Assembly: GCA_951406725.2 (NCBI GenBank)
Contig: OX597818.1
Location: 27,280,001-27,344,000 of the forward strand
Direction of reading: 5' to 3'
Length of the DNA: 64,000 nt
Source: Octopus vulgaris
Taxonomy: Eukaryota
This document shows positions 12,411-24,769 of this stretch, piece after piece. A program made the translations under genes and the position numbers. The notes under the pieces are model-generated. The model was not told where the DNA came from. It did not search any database and was given only the letters and a program-made list of their open reading frames with translations. Every line of letters starts with the position of its first letter. Position 1 is the stretch's first letter.

Positions 12411-13560
12411 GTAAGCCTTGAAAATGTTCAAATTCTTCATTTGTGTAAGAATAGTCAGGAGCATGTCATCTTTTACTATAGAATTACTCCTCCAAGAGGA
12501 TTATTTTTCTGAAATTCCATGACGATTACCAAAAAGTAAATAGAAAATAAATAGTATGGGTAATATTTCTAAGTCACAGATTTATGAGAGCAATGCTTAT
12601 CTTTGGATTTAATTGGCCAAAATGAATGAGAAATGGATCTTTCTTCATAAGATCTGTTAACTATTCTATATATATGTAAAATAATAATAATGAAATTATT
12701 GTATACAGTGCTCAGGTGCACTACAACTTGTCAAAAGTGCATATAAAGCATATGCAGTCATGTACAAATGTCTAAAGTAATGAGAAGTAAATGTTCCTGC
12801 TTGCAAGACAATTGGATACTTTCAAAGGTTAAAATTCCCTGACCTATGGACACTGTTTTGATCCTTTATTCTCCTGACCATTTCACATTTAGAAAGTGCA
12901 ATGAACTTGTGGAATCTGAGACAAATTTTTAGAAAAGATTTTTGGTAACTTATCATCAGACTCACTGACGTTCTTGTTGCACTTTTCTGTCTCAAATTGG
13001 TTCTTATAATGTCTAATATCATTTACATTAAAATCTTAATTAATTGAAAAATCAATGAGCTTAATTTAATATCGTGCATATGTGAACTGTAGTCTGGCTG
13101 TGACCTGTTTTAAATTGGCAACTGAGCAGGTTTCAAGATCATAACCTTCTTTAATGCATAACTAATAATCTGCTTAGTAATTATTTGTATGACAATACTC
13201 TTTCTCAGAAATATCAAAATGTAACTGAAGTAAATAAGTAATAACAAAGACATAAAATGTTGAATACAAGTACTCTAATACTAAGAAATAATGATATAGA
13301 ACACTGTCAGCTATAAATACTCATGTATGGTAAAGTAATTATAGTTAAGAGTAGCTGTTAGAAAAGGAGCATAAATTTGATTAATATTGTGTATTTCAAG
13401 TCAACCTGAATTTACAATAAATGAATAAGAATAATAAGAATAGTTTGAGAATGATAATTGCTAAAATAATTTATTTTAAAGCCCGTCTTAAACTTTTTAT
13501 ATTCATTTGTAAATCTGGGATAATAAATCATTTTCACTGTATCAATATATATTTTAACAG

Positions 13561-13746
13561 GCTACTCATGATTTGGATGAATTGGATCGAGAGAGGAAAG
13601 AAGACTTTAAACAATATGAGATGAAGAAGGAGCATGAAATAAAACAAAAATTAGCTAATCTGAATGAAACTCAACGAAACATTGAAGTTCAACATATAAA
13701 AGAAATGAAAGAAAAACATAAGCAACATCCCAAAATACATCATCCG
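13561..13746 (+). CDS. NUCB2: Nucleobindin exon (basic/coiled-coil region)
   Basis: aacag|GCT...CCG|gtttgt. ATHDLDELDRERKEDFKQYEMKKEHE...HKQHPKIHHP. Phase 0/0. Confidence 0.93.
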
Positions 13747-14203
13747 GTTTGTGTGATACTTTTACATATCCCATAACTTTTCAGCATTACCTCATACAGA
13801 CAAAAGTTAAAAAAAACAAACAAAAAACAGCTTTTGAAGCTCATTTCTCTGTTAAGCTCCTCTTTAACTACTTTTCATTTTGAAGCTTTGAAACTTGCAT
13901 TTTATTTTGTCTTAGATTATGGATGCATCTGTTGAATAATTCTTTAAAGTTAACATGTTTGATAAAGCATACAAAGATTAGTACTTTAATTTACGCAGTG
14001 TAGTAAAAGATGAAAAATTTGTCTGGTGAGGAGAAGCCAAAATTTATTCATGTAATATTGCAAAATTATTGCCTGTGTTATCTACAGAGTATAACTTCAA
14101 CATTTATAAACTGATTATTTTTGTTTTGATATGATCTTTCTAAACTTTCTTTTCAATAATTATAAAATTTTAAATTTTACTAATTGCTTTCTCTGTTTTA
14201 AAG

Positions 14204-14294
14204 GGTAGCAAAGCCCAGCTGGAGGAAGTCTGGGAAGAAGTTGACCGTCTAAATGGTGAAAACTTTAATCCCAAGACCTTTTTCAAGCTACATG
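14204..14294 (+). CDS. NUCB2: Nucleobindin exon
   Basis: aaag|GGT...CATG|gttggt. [30 protein letters not shown], a highly conserved nucleobindin motif. Phase 0/1. Confidence 0.94.
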
Positions 14295-15432
14295 GTTGGT
14301 ATTTGTTTTCAATAGTTCTTGTCATTTGGTAGTGGACATTATTGGGCCCCCACCTTCAAGAGTTTAAGTTAATTATATGAACATAGGCAGTGGATTGGCT
14401 GAATTACTAGAGTGTAGGGCAAAATGTTTCACAGAATTCTGGCTCTTTTCATTTTGAGATCTTGGGTGATAGATTTAATCATTTAACAACACCACTTAGT
14501 CTTTGGGCACCTTTAGTGGAGCTCACTTTATTACAAGTATTCAGACCAGTGTAAGGACAATTTCCTCCCTTCTTTGCACCAATTCTAGAGGCCTCATAAA
14601 AGTAGAATCATTACCATTTCTTACCTGATCAAATGATAAAAAAAATGAACTTTGGCATTTATCTCAAAGTTTGAGAAGCAAATTGATCATCATATAAAGA
14701 GACTTAACTCACATGAAAGCATTTATGTTAGGTGTAACATTTTTATTCACTCTGAATTAGGCTCAACAAACTTTTACACAGATGTTGTCAACTGAATTTC
14801 ACTCACAATGCTTTAGTCACTGCTTTTGAATCTGAAACTGTGGTTAGGAAATAAATTTCTTAACAACATAGTCATTCTAGCAACAATTTACTAGCAGACT
14901 GTTTTCCATTTGTATCGTAAATCATGATAAATTTAATACTGAAAATGTTAAGTGAAGTCAAAATCTCTAGAAAATCAACTGAACAGGCAAAAACAAATTA
15001 TTTTGCTTAAAGTCAGTGTAAAGTTTGGAATGGAATTTGAATTACATAATCCACACTTGTTGAAAGCATTGTAATCATTTACTCTCTGAAGGCTCTTTGG
15101 TGCCAAGATGATGAGGGTAGTGCAGTCTTGATATATTTTGCTATTTGTACCCTTTACATCAACAACTGTAGAGCTGCATAAAGAAATGCAGTTGACATTA
15201 AGCTTTTTGTAAAGTTAACATTTGTAAAGTTTTCATAACAAGATTTTTGTTCTGCACTGTCTAGAATGATAATTATTGTATAATGATGATAGTGAGTAAA
15301 CAAAATTCTGATCTGAATTAGTTCTTTTAGCTACGTTTTTAAATAAAGAAAATAAAATATAAATTTTATAATTTTGCTCATTTTTCACTTAGGAAGACCA
15401 ACAATTACTTCAATATTTTTCTTTCATTTTAG

Positions 15433-15491
15433 ATGTCAATGGTGATGGTGTCCTGGAGCCAAGTGAAGTTGAAGCTCTTTTTACAAGAGAG
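15433..15491 (+). CDS. NUCB2: Nucleobindin exon, EF-hand 1
   Basis: tttag|AT...GAG|gtaatg. DVNGDGVLEPSEVEALFTRE contains a canonical EF-hand loop. Phase 1/0. Confidence 0.94.
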
Positions 15492-16996
15492 GTAATGTAT
15501 TGTTTTTTTATTGTTTCAAGAACTGAGGTTAAAGGTACACTATCGATGATCATCTTGTCTTTTTAGACAATTCATTACAGAATACAATATCTAAAATACT
15601 CTTTTCTTATAAAACAGTAGAGTGTTATTTGAGAGAGAGATAGATGACTGCCATGTGTAGCACATTGAGGAACCAACCATGCAGAGATTCTCTCAATACT
15701 TGTTTCAGAATATCGTCTTCATCATTTAAAGTCCTCTTTTATTATGTTAGCATGGGTTAGACGGTTCAACATAAACTGATGAACCAGGAGGCTGCTATGG
15801 CATAGCATCTGCAGCTGGAAATTCGTCCTGACGCCATTGACTTCACAGAGTGTACTGACTGCTTTTTTCATGGCACTGGTGAGCTTACAAAATACTTGTG
15901 AAGCAAGATCTCTTCTCTCAACTGAGTGGGGTATAGTATTAAGATATATGAGAGTATGATAGAGGTGAATATATGACTTCCCTTTCTAGAGAATGGGAGA
16001 AAGATGTAAGGTCAAAGTATTACTAATTTTACAATCAAAACAGCATAAATTTGTCTGCCTATTTTGCATTTGGGGAATTCAGTATGTAAACAGTATATTT
16101 TTATGTTCCTGACAAGTTCAGCTTTTTGATAGTTATGTAAGCTTACATCTTTTTCTTATAGGCATCTGATTTTTTCCTAATTATTATATTATAAACACTT
16201 TGTAACAAGATAATGGCATTACATTCCAGCAAGTTATTTTTATGAGTCTTTTAGAATTAAGATATATAAAAGTTTTCTGATATATTTTTCTTTAATCCAT
16301 ATTACTGATAATTAATTGTTTATTTCTATTATAATGTTTTATTATGTAATTTGAATTCACTTTTGAAAGATATGCATGTCCTGGCCACAAACAATACAGT
16401 ACCGTTGGTAGGATATGAACCACCAACCTCTTTGTAGGTTGTCTGGCACTCTATTAATTTGGTCAATTACACTGTCTATTCTACTCTACGAAACCTGTAA
16501 TATATATTTTTACAACTAAATATTAATGAAACACAACTTGGAGCTAGCTATAACTGTATTAACTTCAAGTTCAACAGTTCCCTATAAGATCAAGGCTTTT
16601 GTCTTTCCTTGAATTATTAAATGACATTTGTTCCTGCTTCTTCTATCCACCTACCTTTCCAATGGCAAAATCACTGGTATGAATTATTGGTTTCCTATTT
16701 TTCTTTATTTTGCCAAATTTCAGTGAGGTTTCATTGAAAAAATAAATAAATAATAAATAAAAAGCAGGGTGGAAGAGAACTTTTTTTTTAAAGTTAAACA
16801 TTGTTACTTAAGATAACTTACTGATCAGATTGTGACTGACATGAGTACCAGTGCAACATTACCATTTTAAACAAGTTTCTATATACAGTTCTATATCAGA
16901 ATATCTATGGCTAAAATGCTTATCATCATCATCCTTCTCTGCCTCCTCCTCATTTAATGTCTGTTTTCCATACATCTATTGAATTTTCTATGGTTA

Positions 16997-17210
16997 TCAT
17001 CATCATCATCGTTTAACGTCCGTTCTCCATGCTAGCATGGGTTGGATGGTTCGACCGGGGATCTGGGAAGTCAGAAGGCTGCACCAGGCTCCGGTCTGAT
17101 CTGGCAGTGTTTCTACAGCTGGATGCCCTTCCTAACGCCAACCACTCCGTGAGTGTAGTGGATGCTTTTTATGTGCCACTGGTACAGGTGCCAGGCGAGG
17201 CTGGCAACGG
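16997..17210 (-). mobile_element. RTE-tail-derived SINE/LINE 3' end (family C)
   Basis: (ATC)n tail plus tccatgctagcatgggttggatggt...ctacagctggatgcccttcctaacgccaaccac. Other copies at ~15715, 30310, 37330, 40180 and 41925. Confidence 0.8.
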
Positions 17211-17294
17211 CGTTGCTTTATATTCAAACATATTTTTCTTTTTAGAATAATTCTTATTTACTGCATCTCAGACCATTTTTTTTTGTATTGTTAG

Positions 17295-17477
17295 ATTGAA
17301 AAGATGTATGATCCAAATAATCCCGAGGATGATATGAAAGAAGCCAAAGAAGAAATTAATCGGATGAGGGAACATGTTTTCAAAGAAGCTGATACTGATG
17401 ACAACCATCTTTTGGATGAAAAAGAGTTTGAACGTCTTACTCAACGAGAAGAGTTTGGAAAAGATGAAGGATGGAAG
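17295..17477 (+). CDS. NUCB2: Nucleobindin exon, acidic region and EF-hand 2
   Basis: gttag|ATT...AAG|gtataa. IEKMYDPNNPEDDMKEAKEEINRMREHVFKEADTDDNHLLDEKEF...DEGWK. Phase 0/0. Confidence 0.94.
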
Positions 17478-18662
17478 GTATAAATTTTATTTTTTATATC
17501 GATGTCTAAACTATATATTAATTAGGCAGTCATCATCATCTGCAATATTATTTTCATGTTTGTCTTTTCAAATTGTTGGCTGAATTTTCAGGATGGAATG
17601 CTGGCATCCACTGTGTTAATGAAATCTTGTGTTCTTGAAAATGCCTTCTTTGTGACATTGAAGTCAACAGAAAATAGGTGTCACATTATGGAATGTCATG
17701 ATATAGCAAAATTTACAGCAATGCAATGTTTCTGTATCTAAGGAAATGTCTGTATTACTATTTCTGTCCATTGTGTGTGCCATCACATTTGGGATATCTG
17801 ATATAATATTTGAACTAATGGAGCAAGCAAGGGAGGCAACTTATTAGAACTTGTTTGGATGTTATTAGTGGTTATATAGTAGACTATGTTGTAATGAAGA
17901 TCACATGTTAATTTTCAGCTTGTGACATATATAAGCATGTAAAAAGTTACTTCGATATTATATATTCATGCGCATATTGTATTGATTTTTTTTGTAAATT
18001 CTATTTGATTCAGTTCAGTTTATTGCATATCTGTCTGCAAGAACAAGAACAAAAACAACAGTAACAATTTTTACAATCATTTGGTAATAAAATTGTGCGG
18101 TGTGTGTATATAGTATTACCTACACTAATTATATTATAAGAATGCATGTCTTCATATGGTTTTTGCTTTATAGTGAATGGAATGGGTTATGTGATGTGTA
18201 TGCTATCATGTGTGATGTAAGTGCAAGTGCTTGTCAATAGATGAGGTTAATAGTGATGATGAAGTTATATCCTACTATGTATTTAAGAAAGAAAAACAGT
18301 AATAACATGAGAACTCATAAGGATGTAGTTGATTTTAAGGATAGGAAGTTTGTTGAAAGAGAATTGGCTGTAAGCATGGAGAAAAACCTATTTTGAGTAA
18401 TCATATATGTCATCAATTTACAAACTGGCTTTTCAAGTAGTTGATTTCAAAATGGATTATATGATCACAAATAGACAGGAACCTAGTATACTTGATCAAC
18501 AATCAGAAGAAAATGGAGGAAGCATATAAATAATAAGCTGAGTAAAATGTAGCTTAATAGACCAGTAGAAGGAAACATTATTTCTTATGTCTTTTACCTT
18601 TAACTCATTTCAATCATTGGACAGTGGCCATGCTGGGGCACCATCTTGAAGGATTTTAGACA

Positions 18663-19037
18663 CCAGTGCAAAATCACCCCCCTCCGACAAATCATCCTAA
18701 CGAGACGTCTGCGTTGGCTGGGTCATGCCCTCCGTCATCAACCAGGAGAATTCATCTACGAAGCAATTGCTCCAGCTCCCCTTCAGGGTTGGCAAAAGAA
18801 ATGTGGTGGACAATGAATGACCTGGCTGATGACAGTCAAGGCTGATCTGGAACCCAACCTAGGCCCCCATGTCTACGGTGTTTGCTGCTGGAATAGGGAA
18901 TGGTTGGAGATCACGCGGTCGTTAACCTCAAATCGCCAGGCTCGGTCGGTGTTTGTGAGAGATGTAGCATTGAGGATAAATAAAGCCAGCTCAACCCACC
19001 TCGGGTGAATGCTGTCTCAAGACAAGAAGAAGAAGAC
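18663..19037 (+). mobile_element. 5'-truncated RTE-like LINE inserted into a SINE
   Basis: Encodes RRLRWLGHALR. (AAG)n tail and 8-bp TSD TTTAGACA (18655-62, 19038-45). The host SINE halves lie at ~18590-18655 and ~19045-19330. Confidence 0.75.
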
Positions 19038-21403
19038 TTTAGACATACAAATTGACCCTAGTACTTATTTTTTTAAAGTTTGGTACTTATTGTATTGGTC
19101 TCTTTTGCCAAACCACAAAGTTATGAGGACATAAACAAACCAACATCATTTATAAAGTAGTGGGAGAGACACATATTCATATGCAACAGGCTTTCGCACA
19201 GCCTCTCTCTACCAAATTCACTCATAAGGCATTAGTTGGCCTTGGGCTATAGTAGAGGACGCTTGTCCAAGGGACTGCAGAGTAGGACTGAACATGTGGT
19301 TGTAAAGTGTGTTTCTTAAGCACACAGCCATATCAAAGTCTAGGAGATTTAAGATTACTTTGTTTCACAGTATCACACTCAGCTTGGTGAGATAATGGAT
19401 GAAGCTTCTTTTGTAATGTCTTCTTTATATACTGGCAGAAATAAAAATAAATTCTTCAAAACATCCTTTTAAAATGTCAGTCAAAATAGCTGTAACAATG
19501 CCCATAGACTTCGTATGTCCTTCCAGACTTGTGAAATTGATGCATTTTGATGTTTATTTTGTTGAAAAGTATCTTCAGAAAAATGGTGTGGTTTGGTTGG
19601 TTTCCAGAGGATTGTAGTTCTGGGGAACAAGGATTTGGTGAAGTTGGAGTATAAGATGCTAGATGATTGGAAGGAGAAATGGATGTGTCTTGTGAGTCTG
19701 AATAGGGTTGGTATGCAGTTAATTCAATGGAAAGGAAACAAAAGTTGTTATGATAATAGTTACAGTTGACTTTGCTGGTGTCAAGTATAACAAGATTACT
19801 TTAACCAAAATATTTAAAAAACAAAGAACTTCTGATGTGTAACATAGAGTTAGTGCTTGGAGATCTGTCTCTGTGGAAACTATTTGTAGTTTCTCACTGA
19901 AGGAGAGAAGATCAACAAATTGGTGGGGACTGTTTGTAACCATTTTCCATTAACTTTGAGATGTTGGCAGTGAAAGTGGGTTGGTAGGGTTAGAGTTGGG
20001 AGCCACTGTAATGTGTAATTGAAGATTAGGATAGATTCCTGTTGAAAGAGAGAGATTGAAAATTGAGACTGGAGTTTCAGTGCAACGAAAGAGATGACTT
20101 TGTAATCTAGTGACTTGGTGAGATTGTTGGAAATGTTACTTGTGGCAAATGAATTTAGTTGTAAAACTGAGGGTGGAAGCTTTTTTCATCATGAATGTTG
20201 CTAATAGTCATCTTGTTTGATGTATAATGGGCAGGAACATTCGACAAAGACCATTTTGGCAAGGTGCCAGTAGGCTCTACTACATTTTAGGTGATGGGAA
20301 AGCTTGTAAGAAGATGTAAACATTACAGTTCTGATTGGTTGACTAATTCCAGATGTTATTGACAATACTCTTTGCCAGTATTGCTGCAGCACTGTTATAG
20401 GTAAACCACTTAGAATTTTAGGTTTATGAGCTTTGGTTGTGTAGTAGGAAGTAGCATGTCTTAGAAGGTAGTTTGGGCACCCACTTGGCCATTTTATTTA
20501 TAATCATGCAAGGCCTATCTGCTTTAAAAGGTCTTGAGAAAATGAATGAACATCATATGACATTATGACTCTAAAGGTCCAATCTTTTGTAAGAAAACTA
20601 CATTTGATGAAATTAGAGGTATTAGTATATTGGTTAGTAATTTCTTTTTTATTAATGACCATTAGGTTCAAATTGAACAAGAAAAAGAAATGTTGATTAG
20701 GTTAGGGTGCAAATCTTAATTCTAAGTTTATTTAATTTTGATCCTTTTGTTACCACATCCATCTCAACAACTCTTGCGTGTCATGTACATACGACAGTAT
20801 CTTTTACATAATTATGCTTATCAAATACTGCTTGTTACTGGAAATCTCTTATGATCAGTTCTATAAGATTATATGCCACTTGCAATACTTGACTATTTAT
20901 TCTTATTAATTTGTAAATTACCTAAATCATCATTAATGTTTTATCAGCTCAAGTTTCATAACTATTTTCTAACAACACAAAAACAATTTTTTTTGTAAAC
21001 TATCTCTCAGTAGGAGATGCATTGTTTATTGATGAAAGAATATGAAGGGCTTTCAAAATGGATTGTTGGACAAATTGGGATCTTAAAAGACTTGGAGAAT
21101 GAATAGTATATTCAATGTTAGCAATCACTTTATAAGATCTTAGCAACACAAATCTGTAATTTGGTTTTAATCTTAGTTTAAATATTTCTCCTCATTCCAT
21201 GACTAGCACCCTTAGGAAAAACATAGCTTTCACTCCAGTTTCGATCATCAGCTCCCTTTAAATCAAAGAGCATTGATAGATGATATTGATTAGAAAATGA
21301 TATTTGATTTTTTTAGACTATTAAATTCATGTGTGAGGTAATGATAACAAAGGATAAATGTATTTGTAATCTCTAATTTTGAAAACCCCATTTACTTTTG
21401 AAG

Positions 21404-21532
21404 GGCTTGGATGAAGATGATGAAATATATTCAGAAGAAGAAATGCAACAATATGAGAAGATGTTACGTGAAGAAGAAGAGCGCCTTAAAAAGCAACAAA
21501 TCTATGACAATTTGGCTCAACCAGGACAAGTG
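21404..21532 (+). CDS. NUCB2: Nucleobindin exon (donor at 21530 or 21533)
   Basis: tgaag|GGC. GLDEDDEIYSEEEMQQYEKMLREEEERLKKQQIYDNLAQPGQ(V). The two tandem in-frame GT donors are CAA|gtggtg and GTG|gtgatt. Confidence 0.85.
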
Positions 21533-22752
21533 GTGATTAAAAGTTTTTTTAGTTTTAAAGTTTATGATTAATTTAAGTATACGGAGGAAAATATCTGTAA
21601 TAAAGTGTAAATGGAAAGTTTCTAGAAAGAAAACACATTTCTGTGCTATACTAACACAATCCTTATATTCTAGTGCATTTTGGAAAACAATCTTGTAGCT
21701 ACTATGTAGATTACTTGTATCAGGTGTAGATACATGCAGCTCACTTCTTTAAGCATGTAAAATACATAACTATTTGGATTTACCTCATAAGAAATTTACT
21801 GGGACATGACATTAAGATGAAATGGTTGAGGTCAATGACATCTTGTTCAGTGCTTATCAGTCATAATCTATGTAAAGATCCTGGAATAATTTTGTTTTAA
21901 GCTGTTAACAAGCAAGAAGGTATTTAAGAAAGAAAAACAGTAATAACATGAGAACTCATAAGGATGTAGTTGATTTTAAGGATAGGAAGTTTGTTGAAAG
22001 AAAATTGGCTGTAAGCATTGAGAAGGTGTACTGAGAAGCTCTTTGTTGGTGCATCAGCTAGATTAAGTGATAGCTGCTAACTTACTGAGTAAGTTCACAA
22101 GAATCGTACACTGTTTTTAAATAGCTCTACTTATCTTAATTTTAGTAGTTGCTCTACTTATCTTAATTTTTGTAGTTGCTTGTTAAGTATTAAGCAAGGA
22201 TTTTTAACTAAAGTGACCAGACAGTTTATGATTTGCTTTTTCAAATTTGGCTCCTATAAAACTGTTGCAGCATTTAAAAGGTTGGAAAAAGTAGTTGAAA
22301 ATAATTCCTTTCTTTGAATGTATTGTAGTGATTTAGGCTAATTGAACTTACAGCAGCTAACATTGAAAAATTATTATTAGTATTGGCGCTTATTTCTAGT
22401 TTTTGTGGATGAAATAAATTTCTTTTAACATATAATGCTAGTCTGTCACAAGTAACTTTCTTAGAAGTTTCTTAGAACAAACCAGTATTTTTTTCTTAAA
22501 AGTTACTTAGGACTGACTTAACCTAGGAAAAGGTTTAGTTGTTACCTATTCAACTGAGTAAACTTAGGTTTAATGTGTTTAATCAAAATCCCAGGGAAAT
22601 ACCTACAGTAAGCTATGAATTTATATATAAGCCAATCAAGACTTCATCCTCTCAATTATTTCTCTTCTACCCTAATAAATATAGAATGTTCAAATTCATG
22701 AAATTATGTCAAAATACTCATAACCTCTTTGTTGCATTTCTCTCTGTATTAG

Positions 22753-23130
22753 GTGCAGCCTGTGGATCCAAACGTTGTTCATATGCAGCAACCACATCAA
22801 GAACAACAACAACAACAACAGCAGCAGCATCAGGAGCAACAAAATCTGCAGTATGCACATCAAGAAAATCTCAGGCAACAGCAATTGACTGCTGCTCAAC
22901 ATCAACAGCAGTTTGCTCAACAGCAAGCTGCTTTACATCAACAGCAGCAACAGCAGCCTGTAGGTCATCAGCAACAACAGCCTGTGGGTTATCAGCAACA
23001 ACAACCTGTAGGTCATCAGCAACAACCTGTAGGTCATCAACAGCAACAACAGCCTGTAGTGCAACAGCACCAGCAGCAGCCTGTAGTTCAGCAGCAGCAA
23101 CACCAACCTGTTGTTCAGCAGCACCAATAA
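22753..23130 (+). CDS. NUCB2: Nucleobindin last coding exon, Gln-rich repeat C-terminus
   Basis: attag|GTG. Phase-0 ORF of 125 codons ending in TAA (23128-23130), with mixed CAA/CAG codons. The visible exons total 451 aa. Confidence 0.8.
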   Translation: MQPVDPNVVHMQQPHQEQQQQQQQQHQEQQNLQYAHQENLRQQQLTAAQHQQQFAQQQAALHQQQQQQPVGHQQQQPVGYQQQQPVGHQQQPVGHQQQQQPVVQQHQQQPVVQQQQHQPVVQQHQ

Positions 23131-23590
23131 AACTATGTTGGGTAACAACAATTAGCAAATCCTTTGTAAGTGTGTGTGTCTTTTCATCAACTTAGTGATT
23201 ATTGTTCATAATTTCTGTTAAAATTTTGTACTGTGTTAAGCAAGTTAAATTTTGAGAGAAATTAGTTTAGTTGAGTGAAATATTTTACTTATGGGTATGA
23301 CACAAGTATTCATGTGCAGTCTACTAATAGATTCATGTAAAAAGTAGACTGTGGATTTGTGAAAAAATCCTATTTGCCAGGCCTTATTCAAATAGGTGGG
23401 TCAAATTTATAAATCTTCATAGGGTTTGCTTCTTACATGAAATCAGTGGTAGCCTGCATATGAATCTGTTGTACCCATTAAGAAGTATCTCAGTAGATGA
23501 GGGTAGTTCTTCTACCTGGCTGGCTCCTATCATCTGTCTTACCTTACCTATGCATGCATGGAAGATGGATGTTAAACAATGATGATGATG

Positions 23591-23594
<4 letters not shown>

Positions 23595-23668
<74 letters not shown>
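23595..23668. repeat. (TA)n microsatellite
   Basis: Direct observation. Confidence 0.95.
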
Positions 23669-23675
<7 letters not shown>

Positions 23676-24059
23676 TATTAGCAACAGAGGCAGTATTAGT
23701 TCAAAATAGCATTCTGTACATCTTACTTAATATAGATGTATGATAGAAAACCTCACAATTGGAGTATTTGTCATGAGACAGCACCTCATAGATGCAGAGT
23801 GCTAAAAAAGCACAGAAGCATATCAGTAGTAGGCAAAATGTGTCCAGTAGTGGAATTGTTGAATCTAGATTTCTGCTTCTTTGTTTGAGAATCATCAGCA
23901 GAAAGTATACATTTAGCAACCACATGCTAAGAGAAATTTACCTTCTACTGATATACAAATGTAGTGATTAACAAGGCACTGGTGTTGCAAATAGCTGGCA
24001 TGCTCAGAAAAACCTTGTTATCAACATTAGAAACAGTATTAATTCAAAATGAACTGAAC

Positions 24060-24385
24060 TCGACCCACTTCAGTCTTGAATGATCATGGGATTGCACCTA
24101 GAAAGTTCCCCTCCGAGGCACAAGTCCAGGCAAGGTTGTTTATGGAAGACCAGCATTTGCCCATGCATACCAGCCTTCCTTTTCCATGCTACCAATGTCG
24201 TCCAAGGGAAAAGCAAAGGCTGATATAGCTTGGCACCAGTGACATCGCAACTCGTTTCTACAGCTGAGTGAACTGGAGCAACGTGAAATAAAGTTTCTTG
24301 CTCAAGAACACAACATACAGTCCGGTTTGGGAATCAAACTCACTACCTCATGATTGTGAGTTCGACACTCTAACCACTGTGCCTT
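24060..24385 (-). mobile_element. tRNA-derived SINE
   Basis: tRNA-like head on the - strand (cagtggttagagtgtcgaactcacaatc). Its 3' part is shared with 57240-57365. Confidence 0.7.
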
Positions 24386-24669
24386 CATTAATTCAAAATA
24401 GTGTTCTCTGCTTTGCTCTCGTATTTGATTTGCAAGATTCTTGATGTGAATTTCTGTGTGGAAACAAATCTTGTGTCTAGAGAGGCACAATGACCCTCCA
24501 TAGACACAACAAGTGTTCTGTATATCCTATTTTCATGTAGATGTACTATAGAAAGTCACACAACTGCAGTATTCATCACAAGGCAGTATCTTGCAAAGAT
24601 GTACAGTGCTAAAGAGCATAGAAAAAAAAATCACACATGGGTAAAGTTCACATATTTGGGTATATAGGG

Positions 24670-24726
<57 letters not shown>

Positions 24727-24769
24727 CTCGATCTATAGAAAAGGCATAGGTAGAAACTCTATAAGATGT

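Noticed and set aside
17205-17235. Similarity of GNGVALYSN to ENGVGTALYSN in the Naiad-type ORF
   Set aside because: Very short, spans a SINE/intron boundary, and is probably chance.
19480-20470. Purine-skewed stretch that may be an old retroelement remnant
   Set aside because: No diagnostic motif could be read, so it is left unannotated.
22539-23195. Alternative-frame and antisense ORFs (218 aa Thr/Ala-rich; poly-Leu; Val/Ala-rich) over the Gln-rich exon
   Set aside because: Shadow frames of CAA/CAG repeats. Only the Gln frame fits the acceptor at 22752 and the upstream exon phase.
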